The notes: generated by a model not told the origin, from the letters alone. A DNA stretch of 64,000 bases from Candidatus Omnitrophota bacterium (GCA_015231405.1 JADGBR010000001.1:283964-347963); one strand, 5' to 3'. Shown: positions 9,724 through 20,469, numbered from the stretch's first letter. Numbers and translations: made by a program.

Positions 9724-11352
9724 GTGAATACTATTCAAGCAAAACCGGAAAAAGAGTTATCGATCGCGGAGATGTATGAAAGCACTATCTCCGAAATAAA
9801 GGAAGGTGAGATAGTAAAAGGGACGGTTGTACAGATCGGCAACAAGGACGTCCTTGTCGATATAGGGTATAAGTCGGAAGGAGTTATCATGAAATCCGAA
9901 CTTTCCGACCCTGACGAAATAAAGATCGGCGATAAACTTGACGTTATAATCGAGTCCAAGGAGAATGACGCCGGGATGGTCGTTCTTTCCCACGAAAAAG
10001 CACGCAAGCAGAGCGGATGGACCTACATAATCAATAATTTCAAGGAAGGGGACTCCATCGACGGAAAAGTCTCGAGGAAAGTACGAGGCGGATTTATGGT
10101 GGATGTCGGCATGGAGGCTTTCCTTCCCGCCAGCCTTTCAGCGATGCAGGACGTCGGCGGCGGTGACAACCTGGCCGGCAAAAAGCTGAATTTCAAGATC
10201 GTGAAGATAAATGTGCAGCGGAAGAACATCGTCCTTTCCAGGAAAGAGATAGTAGACGAGCTCAGGAAAGAGGAGAAACAGGCCATTCTCGCCTCTCTTA
10301 ATAAGGGCGATATCGTGAAGGGTCTGGTAAAAAATATCACCGATTTCGGCGCATTCATCGATATCGGCGGAGGGATAACCGGGCTCCTGCATGTTACAGA
10401 CATGAGCTGGGGACGTGTAACTAAGCCCACAGAGATAATGAAGGTCGGAGACGAGGTAGAAGTGAAGATCCTTGATTTTGATAAAGATAATATGAAAGTC
10501 TCTCTGGGGTACAAACAGAAAACAAGAAATCCATGGGAAGTGATAGAGGTAAAATATCCCGAAGGTACGGTCGTTCCAGGGAAAGTGGTGAATATCATGC
10601 CGTACGGAGTTTTCCTTGAGCTCGAGGAAGGGATTGAAGGCCTCATACATATATCGGAATTTTCGTGGACGAAAAAATACGGTCATCCCGGCGAGCGTTT
10701 TAAACTTGGCGATGAAGTGAAAGCCATGGTGCTGAAGCTCGACAAGGATAACCAAAAACTTTCACTGGGGCTCAAACAGCTAGAAAGCGACCCATGGCAG
10801 GGTGTGGAGAACAGGTTCCATGTCGGCGACAAGGTGCAGGGGAAGATAAACACGCTGACGGATTACGGCGCTTTCATGGAGATCGAGAGCGGGATCGAAG
10901 GGCTGATACATGTTTCTGATCTTTCATGGACTAAGAGGGTGAACCATCCCAAAGAGCTCGTGACAAAGGGTGACCACACCGAAGCGGTGATACTTAATGT
11001 CGACGAGAAGAACAGGAGGATAGCCCTCGGAGTGAAACAGCTCATTGACGATCCCTGGGATGAAATAACCGATAAATACAGGACGGGGACTGAATGCGCG
11101 GGAAAAGTCGCGAACATAACTAACTTCGGTATTTTTATCGAGCTGGAAAAGGACCTTGAGGGGCTTCTGCACGTCTCCGAGATACCGTTGGGGCCTCAGC
11201 AGCGCATGGATGAGATCTATAAGATGGGCGACCCGGTAAAAGTTAAGGTCATCCACATCGATGGTATACAGAAAAAGATCGCGCTAAGCGTTAAAGGAAT
11301 GGCGCAGGAAACGGGTACGCAAGAAGAGAAAAAAGAAGCCCCTCAACAATAA
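9724..11352 (+). CDS. rpsA: 30S ribosomal protein S1
   Basis: Six S1 repeats ([57 protein letters not shown]). Confidence 0.97.
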   Translation: MNTIQAKPEKELSIAEMYESTISEIKEGEIVKGTVVQIGNKDVLVDIGYKSEGVIMKSELSDPDEIKIGDKLDVIIESKENDAGMVVLSHEKARKQSGWTYIINNFKEGDSIDGKVSRKVRGGFMVDVGMEAFLPASLSAMQDVGGGDNLAGKKLNFKIVKINVQRKNIVLSRKEIVDELRKEEKQAILASLNKGDIVKGLVKNITDFGAFIDIGGGITGLLHVTDMSWGRVTKPTEIMKVGDEVEVKILDFDKDNMKVSLGYKQKTRNPWEVIEVKYPEGTVVPGKVVNIMPYGVFLELEEGIEGLIHISEFSWTKKYGHPGERFKLGDEVKAMVLKLDKDNQKLSLGLKQLESDPWQGVENRFHVGDKVQGKINTLTDYGAFMEIESGIEGLIHVSDLSWTKRVNHPKELVTKGDHTEAVILNVDEKNRRIALGVKQLIDDPWDEITDKYRTGTECAGKVANITNFGIFIELEKDLEGLLHVSEIPLGPQQRMDEIYKMGDPVKVKVIHIDGIQKKIALSVKGMAQETGTQEEKKEAPQQ

Positions 11353-11387
11353 ACAGTCAACTGGCATTAGAAATAGCGCGATGTAGT

Positions 11388-11439
11388 AGGGGTCGGGATA
11401 AGGGTAGTGATTCTTGTTCCGACCCCTTTACTTTTATTT
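11388..11439 (+). terminator. Intrinsic terminator after rpsA
   Basis: Stem AGGGGTCGGGATAAGGG / TTCTTGTTCCGACCCCT followed by TTACTTTTATTT. Confidence 0.75.
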
Positions 11440-11507
11440 GCCGTTGTGCTAACATGAACATGACTGATAAAATCATATTTAATAATATACAAGAAGGAGG
11501 GTCTACT

Positions 11508-11777
11508 GTGCCGCTGGTAAAGGAAAAAAAACAGGAAATAATGACCGGGTTCCAGAAACACGCCAAAGATACCGGGTCATCCGAAGTTCAGATCGCTCTT
11601 ATCACCGGGAGGATCGAGCTTTTGGCAGAGCATTTCCAGAAACATAAAAAGGATAACCACTCAAGAAGGGGACTCCTAATGCTCGTCAACAAAAGGCGAA
11701 AATTGCTCAATTACCTTAAATCTTCCGATAAAGATAAGTATCAGGAAATTATATCAAAATTAGGGCTAAGGAAATAA
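11508..11777 (+). CDS. rpsO: 30S ribosomal protein S15
   Basis: [33 protein letters not shown] start behind an AAGGAGG SD. Confidence 0.97.
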   Translation: MPLVKEKKQEIMTGFQKHAKDTGSSEVQIALITGRIELLAEHFQKHKKDNHSRRGLLMLVNKRRKLLNYLKSSDKDKYQEIISKLGLRK

Positions 11778-11860
11778 CGTTACAGGCTAGTGTTCCCACC
11801 CGGTTTTGTGCGCATAATTGAGGAAACTTTTACTGTAAATTTATTAACTAAGGAAGTGCC

Positions 11861-13969
11861 ATGATTGAAAGAATTCAAACGGGTTTTGGTGATTCGGAGA
11901 TCGTTCTTGAGACAGGGAAACTCGCCAAGCAGGCGCACGGTTCAGTGACGGTGCAATGCGGCGGGACAATGGTCCTTGTAACGGCCGTATGTTCCAGCGA
12001 GGCAAAGGACTCACAGGGTTTTTTTCCGCTGACGGTCGAATACCAGGAAAAGACATTTGCCGCCGGTAAGATACCAGGCGGTTTTTTTAAAAGAGAGGGG
12101 AAGCCTTCCGAAAAAGCCGTATTGACCTCAAGGATGATAGACAGGCCCATTAGGCCCCTTTTCCCCGAGAATATGCTCAACGAAGTACAGGTGATAGCTA
12201 CCGTCCTATCAATAGATGATAACTATGACCCGGACATCCTTGCCATCAATGGTGCTTCCGCCGCGCTCGCGATATCCAATATCCCTTTTAACGGCCCTAT
12301 CGGGGCTGTCAGAGTGGCCATGATAGGCGGAAATTTTGTCGCCAACCCGACCTTCGGACAAATGGCCGAGACGGAGCTTGACCTGGTAGTCGTAGGGACG
12401 AAGCGAGACGTGATCATGCTCGAAGGTGGGGCGCACCAGCTTTCGGAAGCCAAGATCCTCGACGCTATTAAATTCGGGCATGATAATTTAAAGGCCCTCA
12501 TAAAACTCCAGGAGGATTTTAGCGCCAGGATCGGACGGACAAAAAGGACTGATATAACCTATTCGGACGAGAATAAAGAACTTTTCGCGAATATCAAAAA
12601 GACGTATTCGGACAGGGTTAGAAAAATATTCGATATCAAACTCAAAGAAGAGAGGAAGGAAGCCGAGCGTAAACTTCGGGCCGAGATCGTTGCGTCGGAA
12701 ATGACCGACGATAACGGCGTCACCGAGGGTGCGGTAGCACAGGCCATTGAGAAAGTCGAAAAGGAACTCGCCAGAAATATGATCATTAAAGAAAAAAGAC
12801 GCACGGACGGAAGGGGTTATGACGATATCCGGGCACTCTCTTCGGAAATAAACCTTCTTCCTCGAACGCACGGTTCGGCACTTTTTACAAGAGGGGAAAC
12901 GCAGGCGCTGGCGGTCACTACCCTGGGCACCGGGGCTGATGAGCAGATAATCGACGGTCTCGAAGGCGATACAAGGCGGAGCTTCATGCTGCATTATAAC
13001 TTCCCGCCTTTCAGCGTGGGGGAAGTTAAATTTCTGAAAGGGCCCGGCCGCAGGGAAATAGGTCACGGCGCTCTTGCGCATAAGGCGCTTTCTCCGGTGC
13101 TTCCCGATCCTGAAATATTCCCTTATACGATCAGGATCGTATCTGAAATACTCGAATCCAACGGTTCAAGTTCCATGGCTACGGTATGCGCAGGTTCGTT
13201 GTCCCTAATGAGCGGAGGCGTGCCGATAAAGGCGGCCGTCAGCGGCGTCGCGATGGGGCTGATAAAGGAAGGTAATAATTACGCTGTTCTTACGGATATT
13301 GCGGGAATAGAGGACCATTGCGGCGACATGGATTTCAAGATCGCTGGGACTAAGGACGGTATTACCGCGATACAGATGGACCTCAAGATACTTGGCATCA
13401 GTTTTGAGATCCTTAAGGACGGTCTTGAAAAAGCCCGCCAGGGCAGACTGAAAATACTTACGCACATGAGCACTACTATACCCGAACCGCTCAAGGATAT
13501 TTCAGCTACGGCCCCGAGGATCGTGTCCATAAAACTGCCTAAAGATAAGATCGCCGAGGTGATAGGTCCCGGCGGTAAGGTCATTAAGAAGATCATCGCC
13601 GATACCGGTGCCGAGATCAATATAGACGACGACGGAATATGTGAAATATCATCGAGCGATAAGTCGGCGCTAGATAAAGCCGTTAACATCGTTAGAGGGA
13701 TAATATCGGAACCGGAGATCGGAACGGTTTATGACGCGACGATCACAAAAATAATGAATTTCGGTGCGTTTTGTGAGTTTTTGCCCGGAAAGGAGGGGTT
13801 GATTCACGTATCCGAACTCGCGGAAAAATATGTAAAGGACCCGAATGAAGTCGTGCATGAAGGCGATAAGGTAAAGGTTCTTCTGTTCGAGATCGACAAA
13901 CAGAACCGCGTTAACTTAAGCATTAAGAGGGTCAAGGATGGAAACGCTAAAAGTCCCGATAAGGCGTAA
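11861..13969 (+). CDS. pnp: Polyribonucleotide nucleotidyltransferase (PNPase)
   Basis: ETGKLAKQA, GGFFKREG, RTHGSALFTRGETQ, SNGSSSMA, GDMDFK, KH and S1 domains. Confidence 0.98.
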   Translation: MIERIQTGFGDSEIVLETGKLAKQAHGSVTVQCGGTMVLVTAVCSSEAKDSQGFFPLTVEYQEKTFAAGKIPGGFFKREGKPSEKAVLTSRMIDRPIRPLFPENMLNEVQVIATVLSIDDNYDPDILAINGASAALAISNIPFNGPIGAVRVAMIGGNFVANPTFGQMAETELDLVVVGTKRDVIMLEGGAHQLSEAKILDAIKFGHDNLKALIKLQEDFSARIGRTKRTDITYSDENKELFANIKKTYSDRVRKIFDIKLKEERKEAERKLRAEIVASEMTDDNGVTEGAVAQAIEKVEKELARNMIIKEKRRTDGRGYDDIRALSSEINLLPRTHGSALFTRGETQALAVTTLGTGADEQIIDGLEGDTRRSFMLHYNFPPFSVGEVKFLKGPGRREIGHGALAHKALSPVLPDPEIFPYTIRIVSEILESNGSSSMATVCAGSLSLMSGGVPIKAAVSGVAMGLIKEGNNYAVLTDIAGIEDHCGDMDFKIAGTKDGITAIQMDLKILGISFEILKDGLEKARQGRLKILTHMSTTIPEPLKDISATAPRIVSIKLPKDKIAEVIGPGGKVIKKIIADTGAEINIDDDGICEISSSDKSALDKAVNIVRGIISEPEIGTVYDATITKIMNFGAFCEFLPGKEGLIHVSELAEKYVKDPNEVVHEGDKVKVLLFEIDKQNRVNLSIKRVKDGNAKSPDKA

Positions 13970-14390
13970 GCCGGGAGCTTTGGATTTACCCATCCCTTCC
14001 TACGCGACCCCCGGGTCAAGCGGAGTTGACCTTTACGCCGATGTCGACAAAGAGGTAATATTGTCTCCGGGTGAGACCGGGCTCATATCCTGCGGGATAT
14101 ATATGTCGATCCCGGAAGGATTCGAAGCTCAAATAAGGCCTAGAAGCGGATTGGCGCTCAAATATGGGATCACAATGCTTAATACACCCGGTACTATTGA
14201 CAGCGACTATCGGGGACTGATAAGCGTCATCGCGATCAACCACGGGAAGGAAGCCTTCACTGTTAAAAGAGGGCTTAGGCTGGCGCAGATGGTGTTCCAG
14301 AAAGTCGCCAGGGCCGAGTTTATTGAGGCCGAAAACCTTGACGGGACCGCAAGGTCTGATGGCGGGTTCGGGCACACCGGATTTAATTGA
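13938..14390 (+). CDS. dut: dUTP diphosphatase
   Basis: SSGVDL, QIRPRSGLA, GTIDSDYRG, RSDGGFGHTG. Confidence 0.96.
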   Translation: METLKVPIRRKPGALDLPIPSYATPGSSGVDLYADVDKEVILSPGETGLISCGIYMSIPEGFEAQIRPRSGLALKYGITMLNTPGTIDSDYRGLISVIAINHGKEAFTVKRGLRLAQMVFQKVARAEFIEAENLDGTARSDGGFGHTGFN

Positions 14391-14408
14391 CCGGCAATAT
14401 CTATTATC

Positions 14409-16706
14409 ATGGATAGCATCAGAAAAAACGAGATCTTTGCGGTCCTTTTGTTCGCTCTGGGCGTATTCATTTTCCTGAGTATATTCACTTTCAACGAACA
14501 CGATATAGCATTTTATACGAGCGATCCCAACACGGTTACGCAAAACCGGATAGGAGAGGTGGGTGCCTACCTGGGGTTCATCCTTCTTTTTACGGTCGGC
14601 AAAGCTTCTTACGTGTTGCCGTTCCTGATACTTGTTTGGAGCGTTTCAAGGCTTCTCCAGATAACCCAGAAAAAACTTTTCTTCAAACTTTTCGGGACCA
14701 TCTTTCTGGTGACCGCTGTGAGCTCAAGTCTAGCGATGTTCAATTATTCGAGTAAGACACTCGCCTTTTCAAGCGGAGGCCTTATAGGTTCTGTCGTGAT
14801 AGGATTCCTTCTTAACTATCTTGGTGCCATCGGTGCTATAGTCTGTATATCCGCTACGATCGTTCTTTCCGTACTTATCGCCACAGAGTTCCTCATTTTC
14901 CCTGTGGTGGTTAAACTTATCGAATATGTCAGAACAATAGCAGGCACCGTTACCTCTAGATTTAAAAAGACCGTTCTGGACGGTAAACGTAAGGAAAGTG
15001 CGGTGTCAGTCGACGTTACACCCGTCAATGTTACACGGGTCAGCAGGGAAAAGGAAAGACCTGTCCATGACGATATAAGGTTAAAGCTGGAGAAGATGAG
15101 GCAACAGGTCGAGGCGGCGAGGAATACACAGCTCAAAAGCTCCGGTAAGCCAGCACTTACAAAAGACAGGAACAACGTTTTCAAGCCGGTTAAAGAGCCG
15201 AAGCTGTCTACTCCCAAAGAAAAGATCAGGGCAAAGGACCCCGTTGAAAGAGTGACGCCTATTATCGACGCTTCGACCGGCACCAGTACTGAGTATGTCC
15301 TGCCTGACATCGGAATATTGAAGGCAGGGAATAAATCCGGCGGGAACGAGAATGATGAAGACATAAAAGTTAAAGCGGCGTTGATAGAGAAAACTCTCCT
15401 GGATTTTGATGTCGCGGCTACGGTCGTGAAGATCAACAGGGGCCCCGTGGTGACCATGTATGAACTGGAGCCTTCCATCGGTACCAAGGTGAGCAAAATT
15501 ACGTCGCTCGGCGATAATATCTCGTTAGCGATGAAGTCATCCAATATAAGGATAGTCGCGCCTCTTCCCGGGAAAGGAACTATCGGGATCGAAGTTCCGA
15601 ACGACAAAAGCGAGATGGTAAGACTTAAGGATATAGTCGAGCTTGATGAGTTTTCCAGGGAAGAGTCCAAGATCAAGCTCGCCCTGGGAAAGGATATTTC
15701 AGGCACGCCGATAATACTTGATCTGGCTGCCATGCCTCATCTTCTGATCGCCGGCAGCACGAATTCCGGCAAGACAGTCTGTCTTAACGCTATAATTTCA
15801 AGCCTTCTTCTGAATTATTCTCCCGATGAACTTAAATTCTTAATGGTCGACCCAAAGAGGGTCGAACTCCAGATATTCGAAGGAATACCGCATCTGGTAT
15901 GTCCTATTGTAACCAATGCGAAAAAAGTGGATGCCGCTTTGGGATGGATCCTTAAGGAAATGGAGCGCAGATACGATCTTTTCGCGTCAAAAAGCGTCAA
16001 AAATATCGCGCTTTACAGGGAACGAAAACAATCAGACTGGGAAAACATACCGTACATTGTCGTGATAATAGATGAGTTCGCTGAGCTTATGGCTGTCGCT
16101 CAGCAGGAAATTGAAGACTCTGTAATGCGGCTGGCACAATTAGCCAGGGCCGCAGGCATTCACCTCATACTGGCTACTCAAAGGCCTTCCGTTGATGTCA
16201 TAACGGGTGTGATCAAAGCCAATATGCCGGCTAGAATTTCTTTCAGGGTCGCGAACAAGACCGATTCGAGGATCGTTATTGACACCAACGGCGCCGACAA
16301 ATTATTGGGTAGGGGAGATATGCTTATAATGGAGCCCGGAAATCCCGATATTGTGAGAGGCCAGTGCTGTTATGTCGATGATCTGGAAATACGCGGGATA
16401 GTGGATTCCATAAAAACGCAGACAGGGACCAGGTACATAGAATCGGCGGTAGCTTCTCAGGATAAGAAAAAGAATGAGACTGAACATAAAAAAGACGATA
16501 TATATTTTGAGGCAGTAAAGATGGTACTCCAGACCAAACAGGCCTCGGTATCGATGCTGCAGAGACGGTTCAGCCTGGGTTATTCCAGGGCTGCCAGGGT
16601 ATTGGACATAATGGAGCAGGAAGGTATAGTGGGTCCATATAACGGGTCAAAACCCCGCGAAATACTTGTCGAGAACATAGAGGAATTGGAAAGAAAAGCT
16701 GTATAA
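14409..16706 (+). CDS. ftsK: DNA translocase FtsK
   Basis: N-terminal TM domain, PHLLIAGSTNSGKT, DPKRVEL, IIDEFAELM, ATQRPS, gamma domain SMLQRRFSLGYSRAAR. Confidence 0.96.
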   Translation: MDSIRKNEIFAVLLFALGVFIFLSIFTFNEHDIAFYTSDPNTVTQNRIGEVGAYLGFILLFTVGKASYVLPFLILVWSVSRLLQITQKKLFFKLFGTIFLVTAVSSSLAMFNYSSKTLAFSSGGLIGSVVIGFLLNYLGAIGAIVCISATIVLSVLIATEFLIFPVVVKLIEYVRTIAGTVTSRFKKTVLDGKRKESAVSVDVTPVNVTRVSREKERPVHDDIRLKLEKMRQQVEAARNTQLKSSGKPALTKDRNNVFKPVKEPKLSTPKEKIRAKDPVERVTPIIDASTGTSTEYVLPDIGILKAGNKSGGNENDEDIKVKAALIEKTLLDFDVAATVVKINRGPVVTMYELEPSIGTKVSKITSLGDNISLAMKSSNIRIVAPLPGKGTIGIEVPNDKSEMVRLKDIVELDEFSREESKIKLALGKDISGTPIILDLAAMPHLLIAGSTNSGKTVCLNAIISSLLLNYSPDELKFLMVDPKRVELQIFEGIPHLVCPIVTNAKKVDAALGWILKEMERRYDLFASKSVKNIALYRERKQSDWENIPYIVVIIDEFAELMAVAQQEIEDSVMRLAQLARAAGIHLILATQRPSVDVITGVIKANMPARISFRVANKTDSRIVIDTNGADKLLGRGDMLIMEPGNPDIVRGQCCYVDDLEIRGIVDSIKTQTGTRYIESAVASQDKKKNETEHKKDDIYFEAVKMVLQTKQASVSMLQRRFSLGYSRAARVLDIMEQEGIVGPYNGSKPREILVENIEELERKAV

Positions 16707-16707
16707 A

Positions 16708-17679
16708 ATGCGAGAGGAGCCAATGGCCACTAAGAAGGAATTCGGGAAATTGTTCAGGGACGCCCGCGAGGGAAAAGGGTTCACCGTTGAGGATGTATCC
16801 AGGGACAGCCATATCCATCAGCGGGTCATTGAGGATATTGAGAACGGTGAGTTCGACAGGCTTGGGAAGCTGTATATCCGGAGCTTTATGAAGAAATACG
16901 CAGTTCATCTGGGGCTTGAAGTGGACGATGTTCTCAAGATCTTCGATCATTTGACGAAGCCAAAGGCGGATGAAGTAAAATCGTCACTAAAACCCATGCG
17001 AGATGCTCCCGACAGCCCCGAGAAGAAGGCTGTCAGGCAGGAAACTCCAATGTCAAAAAGTGGGATCGGCGCTTCGGTGAGATCGTTGTCCATGATAAAT
17101 ATCCTGATCCCGCTGGCCGTAGTAATATTCATATTCGCTTTCATAGCGAGCCTTCGTACAGGAGCCCACAGGCGAAAAGAAATGGCCGTTCTCGACCTTG
17201 TAGAGAAGAAGCAGATCATCGAGACCATTCCGGAAAAGACAAAGGCTCCCTTGAAGGGAAAAACAGGTAACCAGTCTCAGTCAAAAAATACATCCGACAA
17301 AACGGCAGCTACTTCTCGCGCCGCGGCAAAGACCCCGGATGAGCCCTCTAGGAGAGAGGTTTCGCAGGTTGTAACACCTCAGATAAAAGAGACTGAGCCC
17401 GCCGCAACCGGCGTTGAACTTACATTGAAGGCGAGGGGGGAAGTATGGGTACAGGTGTTCGACGGCAAGAAGACCATTTACGTTGGCACCTTACAGAACG
17501 GCGATTCAAAGACCCTCTATGGGAAGGACACGCTTCTCGTATGGACCGGAAAGGGTGAGTTCCTGGATTTTACTGTTGACGGGAAATTTATCGGGAAGGC
17601 TGCTGACGGGGTGAAGAGGAACATCAGCGTTTCTAAGAATGGTATTAAGATAGGGGATAATTGGATAAAGAAAATATGA
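16708..17679 (+). CDS. RodZ-like HTH-TM-DUF4115 protein
   Basis: N-terminal XRE-like HTH (FGKLFRDARE...IEDIENG...YIRSFMKKYA), one TM segment, beta-rich C-terminus. Lies between ftsK and rimO. Confidence 0.85.
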   Translation: MREEPMATKKEFGKLFRDAREGKGFTVEDVSRDSHIHQRVIEDIENGEFDRLGKLYIRSFMKKYAVHLGLEVDDVLKIFDHLTKPKADEVKSSLKPMRDAPDSPEKKAVRQETPMSKSGIGASVRSLSMINILIPLAVVIFIFAFIASLRTGAHRRKEMAVLDLVEKKQIIETIPEKTKAPLKGKTGNQSQSKNTSDKTAATSRAAAKTPDEPSRREVSQVVTPQIKETEPAATGVELTLKARGEVWVQVFDGKKTIYVGTLQNGDSKTLYGKDTLLVWTGKGEFLDFTVDGKFIGKAADGVKRNISVSKNGIKIGDNWIKKI

Positions 17680-17702
17680 TCCGGGTAAAACACGATATTA
17701 TT

Positions 17703-17879
17703 CTGGATACAGGATCCGGGATCCAGTAAGAGGTTGTTACCAGGAAAATGCATGAATGTAATTATAACCGATCGGTCCGGTAAAGTTACGAGTTAGTTTT
17801 AAATCAAATACATGATACCCAATATTCAATTGCCGGATGCTGTGTTCTCAGTTTTAGCTTCTGGATCCCGCTGCCGGTT
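17703..17879. repeat. Third heptamer spacer: forward tract then inverted tract
   Basis: ctggata caggatc cgggatc cagtaag at 17703-17730. tgccgga tgctgtg ttctcag ttttagc ttctgga tcccgct at 17831-17872. CTGGATCCC pairs with GGGATCCAG. Confidence 0.55.
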
Positions 17880-17901
17880 CAAATAAATTGATACTTACAC
17901 A

Positions 17902-19230
17902 ATGAAGATCTATATCCTAAGCCTTGGTTGCTCCCGCAACCTACTCGACAGCGAGATACTCCATGGCATGCTCAAGAGACGGGGCCATGACGTTTTGGAG
18001 TCACCCGAAAATTCGGATATTGCCATTGTGAATACATGTGGTTTCATTTCGGATGCCAAAGAAGAATCCATCGGAATGATCCTCCAGCTTGCAGAATTGA
18101 AAAAAAAAGGAAATCTGTCGAGGCTGATCGTGACAGGATGTCTCGGCCAGCGATATCCCGATGAACTTATGAAGGATATGAAGGAGATCGACGCTGTTTT
18201 CGGCTCTTCCGATTACGCAAGGATACCGGATCTGATCGACTCTATTCTTCACGGAGAAAGGGTGAAGAGAGTATCGGTCAAACCCGAATTCGATGGAGCG
18301 GATCACGCGGGTAGGGTCCTATCAACTCCGGGACATTACGCTTACATCAAGGTTCAGGAAGGCTGTTCGAACAGGTGCAGCTATTGCGTAATCCCCGATA
18401 TCCGCGGGCCTCTTGTAAGCAGAGATATATCCGGCATTGCAGAAGAGGTTCGTAGAATAAAGGAAGAGCGTGACCTTAAAGAGCTTATCATTGTGGCGCA
18501 GGATACCGCGGTTTTTGGAGTAGATACGAAAGGGTTTTCTCTCCTTCCCGAACTTCTTTACGAGTTGAGCCCTATCATGGACAAAGGGTGGATAAGGGTC
18601 CTCTACACACATCCCGCTCATTTTAACGCAAAAATGATAAGCGCGGTCAACAGCCTTGAAAATGTATGTAAATATGTTGACCTTCCGATCCAGCATATTA
18701 ACGATGATATTTTAAGAAAAATGAACAGACATATCGGACGTAAAGGAATAGAAGATCTTATCCGCGATATAAGGGCGAGTATAGAAGGGGCGGTGATCCG
18801 AACGACGGTTATGGTCGGATTCCCGGGTGAAACCGACGGGCAATTCAAGGAACTTATGGATTTTCTAAAAGTTATAAAGTTTGACAGGCTCGGGGCTTTC
18901 CGGTACTCACGCGAGGAGGGTACTCCTGCCGCGGGTTTTCCTTCTCAGGTACCGGAAAAAATTAAAAACGTCAGATACGACGAGGTAATGAGGCTGCAGC
19001 GGGAAATATCCGAAGAGAATAACACGCGTTATTTGTCGAAGGTCATAAAAGTCCTTATCGATGAAAAAGTCGAGGATTCGGATGGACTTTTCATAGGCAG
19101 AGGCTATATGGACGCTCCGGAAGTTGATGGTTCCGTCCATGTCAGGGGAAATGGCATCCACTCAGGGCAATTCGTGAACGTCCGGGTCACCGGCACCGCG
19201 GAATATGACCTTCTGGGAGAAGCGGTATGA
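17902..19230 (+). CDS. rimO: Ribosomal protein S12 methylthiotransferase
   Basis: SLGCSRNLLDSE, VNTCGFI, radical SAM CSNRCSYC, TRAM domain DAPEVDG. Confidence 0.95.
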   Translation: MKIYILSLGCSRNLLDSEILHGMLKRRGHDVLESPENSDIAIVNTCGFISDAKEESIGMILQLAELKKKGNLSRLIVTGCLGQRYPDELMKDMKEIDAVFGSSDYARIPDLIDSILHGERVKRVSVKPEFDGADHAGRVLSTPGHYAYIKVQEGCSNRCSYCVIPDIRGPLVSRDISGIAEEVRRIKEERDLKELIIVAQDTAVFGVDTKGFSLLPELLYELSPIMDKGWIRVLYTHPAHFNAKMISAVNSLENVCKYVDLPIQHINDDILRKMNRHIGRKGIEDLIRDIRASIEGAVIRTTVMVGFPGETDGQFKELMDFLKVIKFDRLGAFRYSREEGTPAAGFPSQVPEKIKNVRYDEVMRLQREISEENNTRYLSKVIKVLIDEKVEDSDGLFIGRGYMDAPEVDGSVHVRGNGIHSGQFVNVRVTGTAEYDLLGEAV

Positions 19231-19817
19231 ACCTTCCCAATAAGATCACTATCGCGAGGATCGTACTTACTTTTATATTTATGTTCCTTCTTTATCTCCA
19301 TGGCGTGATATTCAAGATCCTTGCCCTGGTGGTTTTCCTCCTGGCCGTATACAGCGATTATCTGGATGGGATGCTCGCCAGGAAACTGGATATAAGGACC
19401 GATTTCGGGAAGCTGATGGATCCTGTCGCGGATAAGATACTTGTTCTCGGGGCCATGCTGGCGTTCGTGGAGATGAACCTGGTCCCCGCATGGGCGGTGA
19501 CGGTGATCATTCTCAGGGAGTTGATAATTACCGGGTTAAGGCTGATCGTATTAAAAGGGAACAACAAGGTTATTGAGGCCCATAAGCTTGGCAAACACAA
19601 GACTGTCGCGCAGATGGTATCCATATTTTTTATTCTCCTATTCATTATCTTTAAGGAAGCCGGTCTGACGGTTTACGGGTTTTGGGATCAGGCTTTGGAG
19701 TATTGGTACCGTCAGCTCATATTCTGTCTCATATTGGTCACAGTCGCTTACACAGTAGCGAGCGGCGTTTTGTACATCAACGCTAATAAGCGGTGCCTCA
19801 TGAACTGGGAAAAATGA
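19227..19817 (+). CDS. pgsA: CDP-diacylglycerol--glycerol-3-phosphate phosphatidyltransferase
   Basis: MNLPNKITIAR, DYLDGMLARK...FGKLMDPVADK motif. Confidence 0.94.
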   Translation: MNLPNKITIARIVLTFIFMFLLYLHGVIFKILALVVFLLAVYSDYLDGMLARKLDIRTDFGKLMDPVADKILVLGAMLAFVEMNLVPAWAVTVIILRELIITGLRLIVLKGNNKVIEAHKLGKHKTVAQMVSIFFILLFIIFKEAGLTVYGFWDQALEYWYRQLIFCLILVTVAYTVASGVLYINANKRCLMNWEK

Positions 19818-20281
19818 CACAGTTCCGGATGTCAGACAAGGCGATGATAAAGATCTCAACTCTTTTTGGGGCCGGTGATCTGCCGTTCTGCCCGGGCACA
19901 TGGGGAAGTGTTCCGGGGGTGTTACTGGTCATATTTCTTCATAAGCATCTTGTCCTGTACGTTCTGGCGTTCGTGATATTCTTTTTAGTCGGGCTTTTAG
20001 TTTCCGGACAAACCTCAACTATATTGAATGAAAGCGACCCGCCCAGGGTCGTTATAGACGAATTCGCATGCGTTTTTCCGGTTTATTTTTATATCCCATT
20101 AAATATTAAGGCCGTTATTATCGGTTTTATTATCTACCGGGTTCTGGATATTTTGAAACCACCTCCGGCAAGGCAAATCGAGAGTCTACCCGGAGGGATC
20201 GGGATAATGCTTGATGATCTGATCGTTGCTATATATTCAAACATTCTTCTCAGATTCCTCGTCGCGTTACGTTTAATTTGA
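19814..20281 (+). CDS. pgpA: Phosphatidylglycerophosphatase A
   Basis: PGTWGS, DPPRVVIDE, YRVLDILKP, GIMLDD. ATGA overlap with pgsA. Confidence 0.92.
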   Translation: MTQFRMSDKAMIKISTLFGAGDLPFCPGTWGSVPGVLLVIFLHKHLVLYVLAFVIFFLVGLLVSGQTSTILNESDPPRVVIDEFACVFPVYFYIPLNIKAVIIGFIIYRVLDILKPPPARQIESLPGGIGIMLDDLIVAIYSNILLRFLVALRLI

Positions 20282-20469
20282 TCATAATTATCCCTAAAAT
20301 TTGCATTTTCGTCATATCCCCTTATAATTAATTCAAAGGAAAAAATAATACCGGATATAAAAGGAAGAGAATTAAAGATAAAATGTATTAAAAACTATTG
20401 TCAATTAAATTAAAAATTTGTTACAAAGTATTTTATAAAAAAAAGTTTTCTGCTAACATAGGAGGAAGA

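Noticed and set aside
15739-15780. FtsK Walker A reading GSTNSGKT
   Set aside because: It still fits GxxxxGK[ST], so there is no evidence of inactivation.
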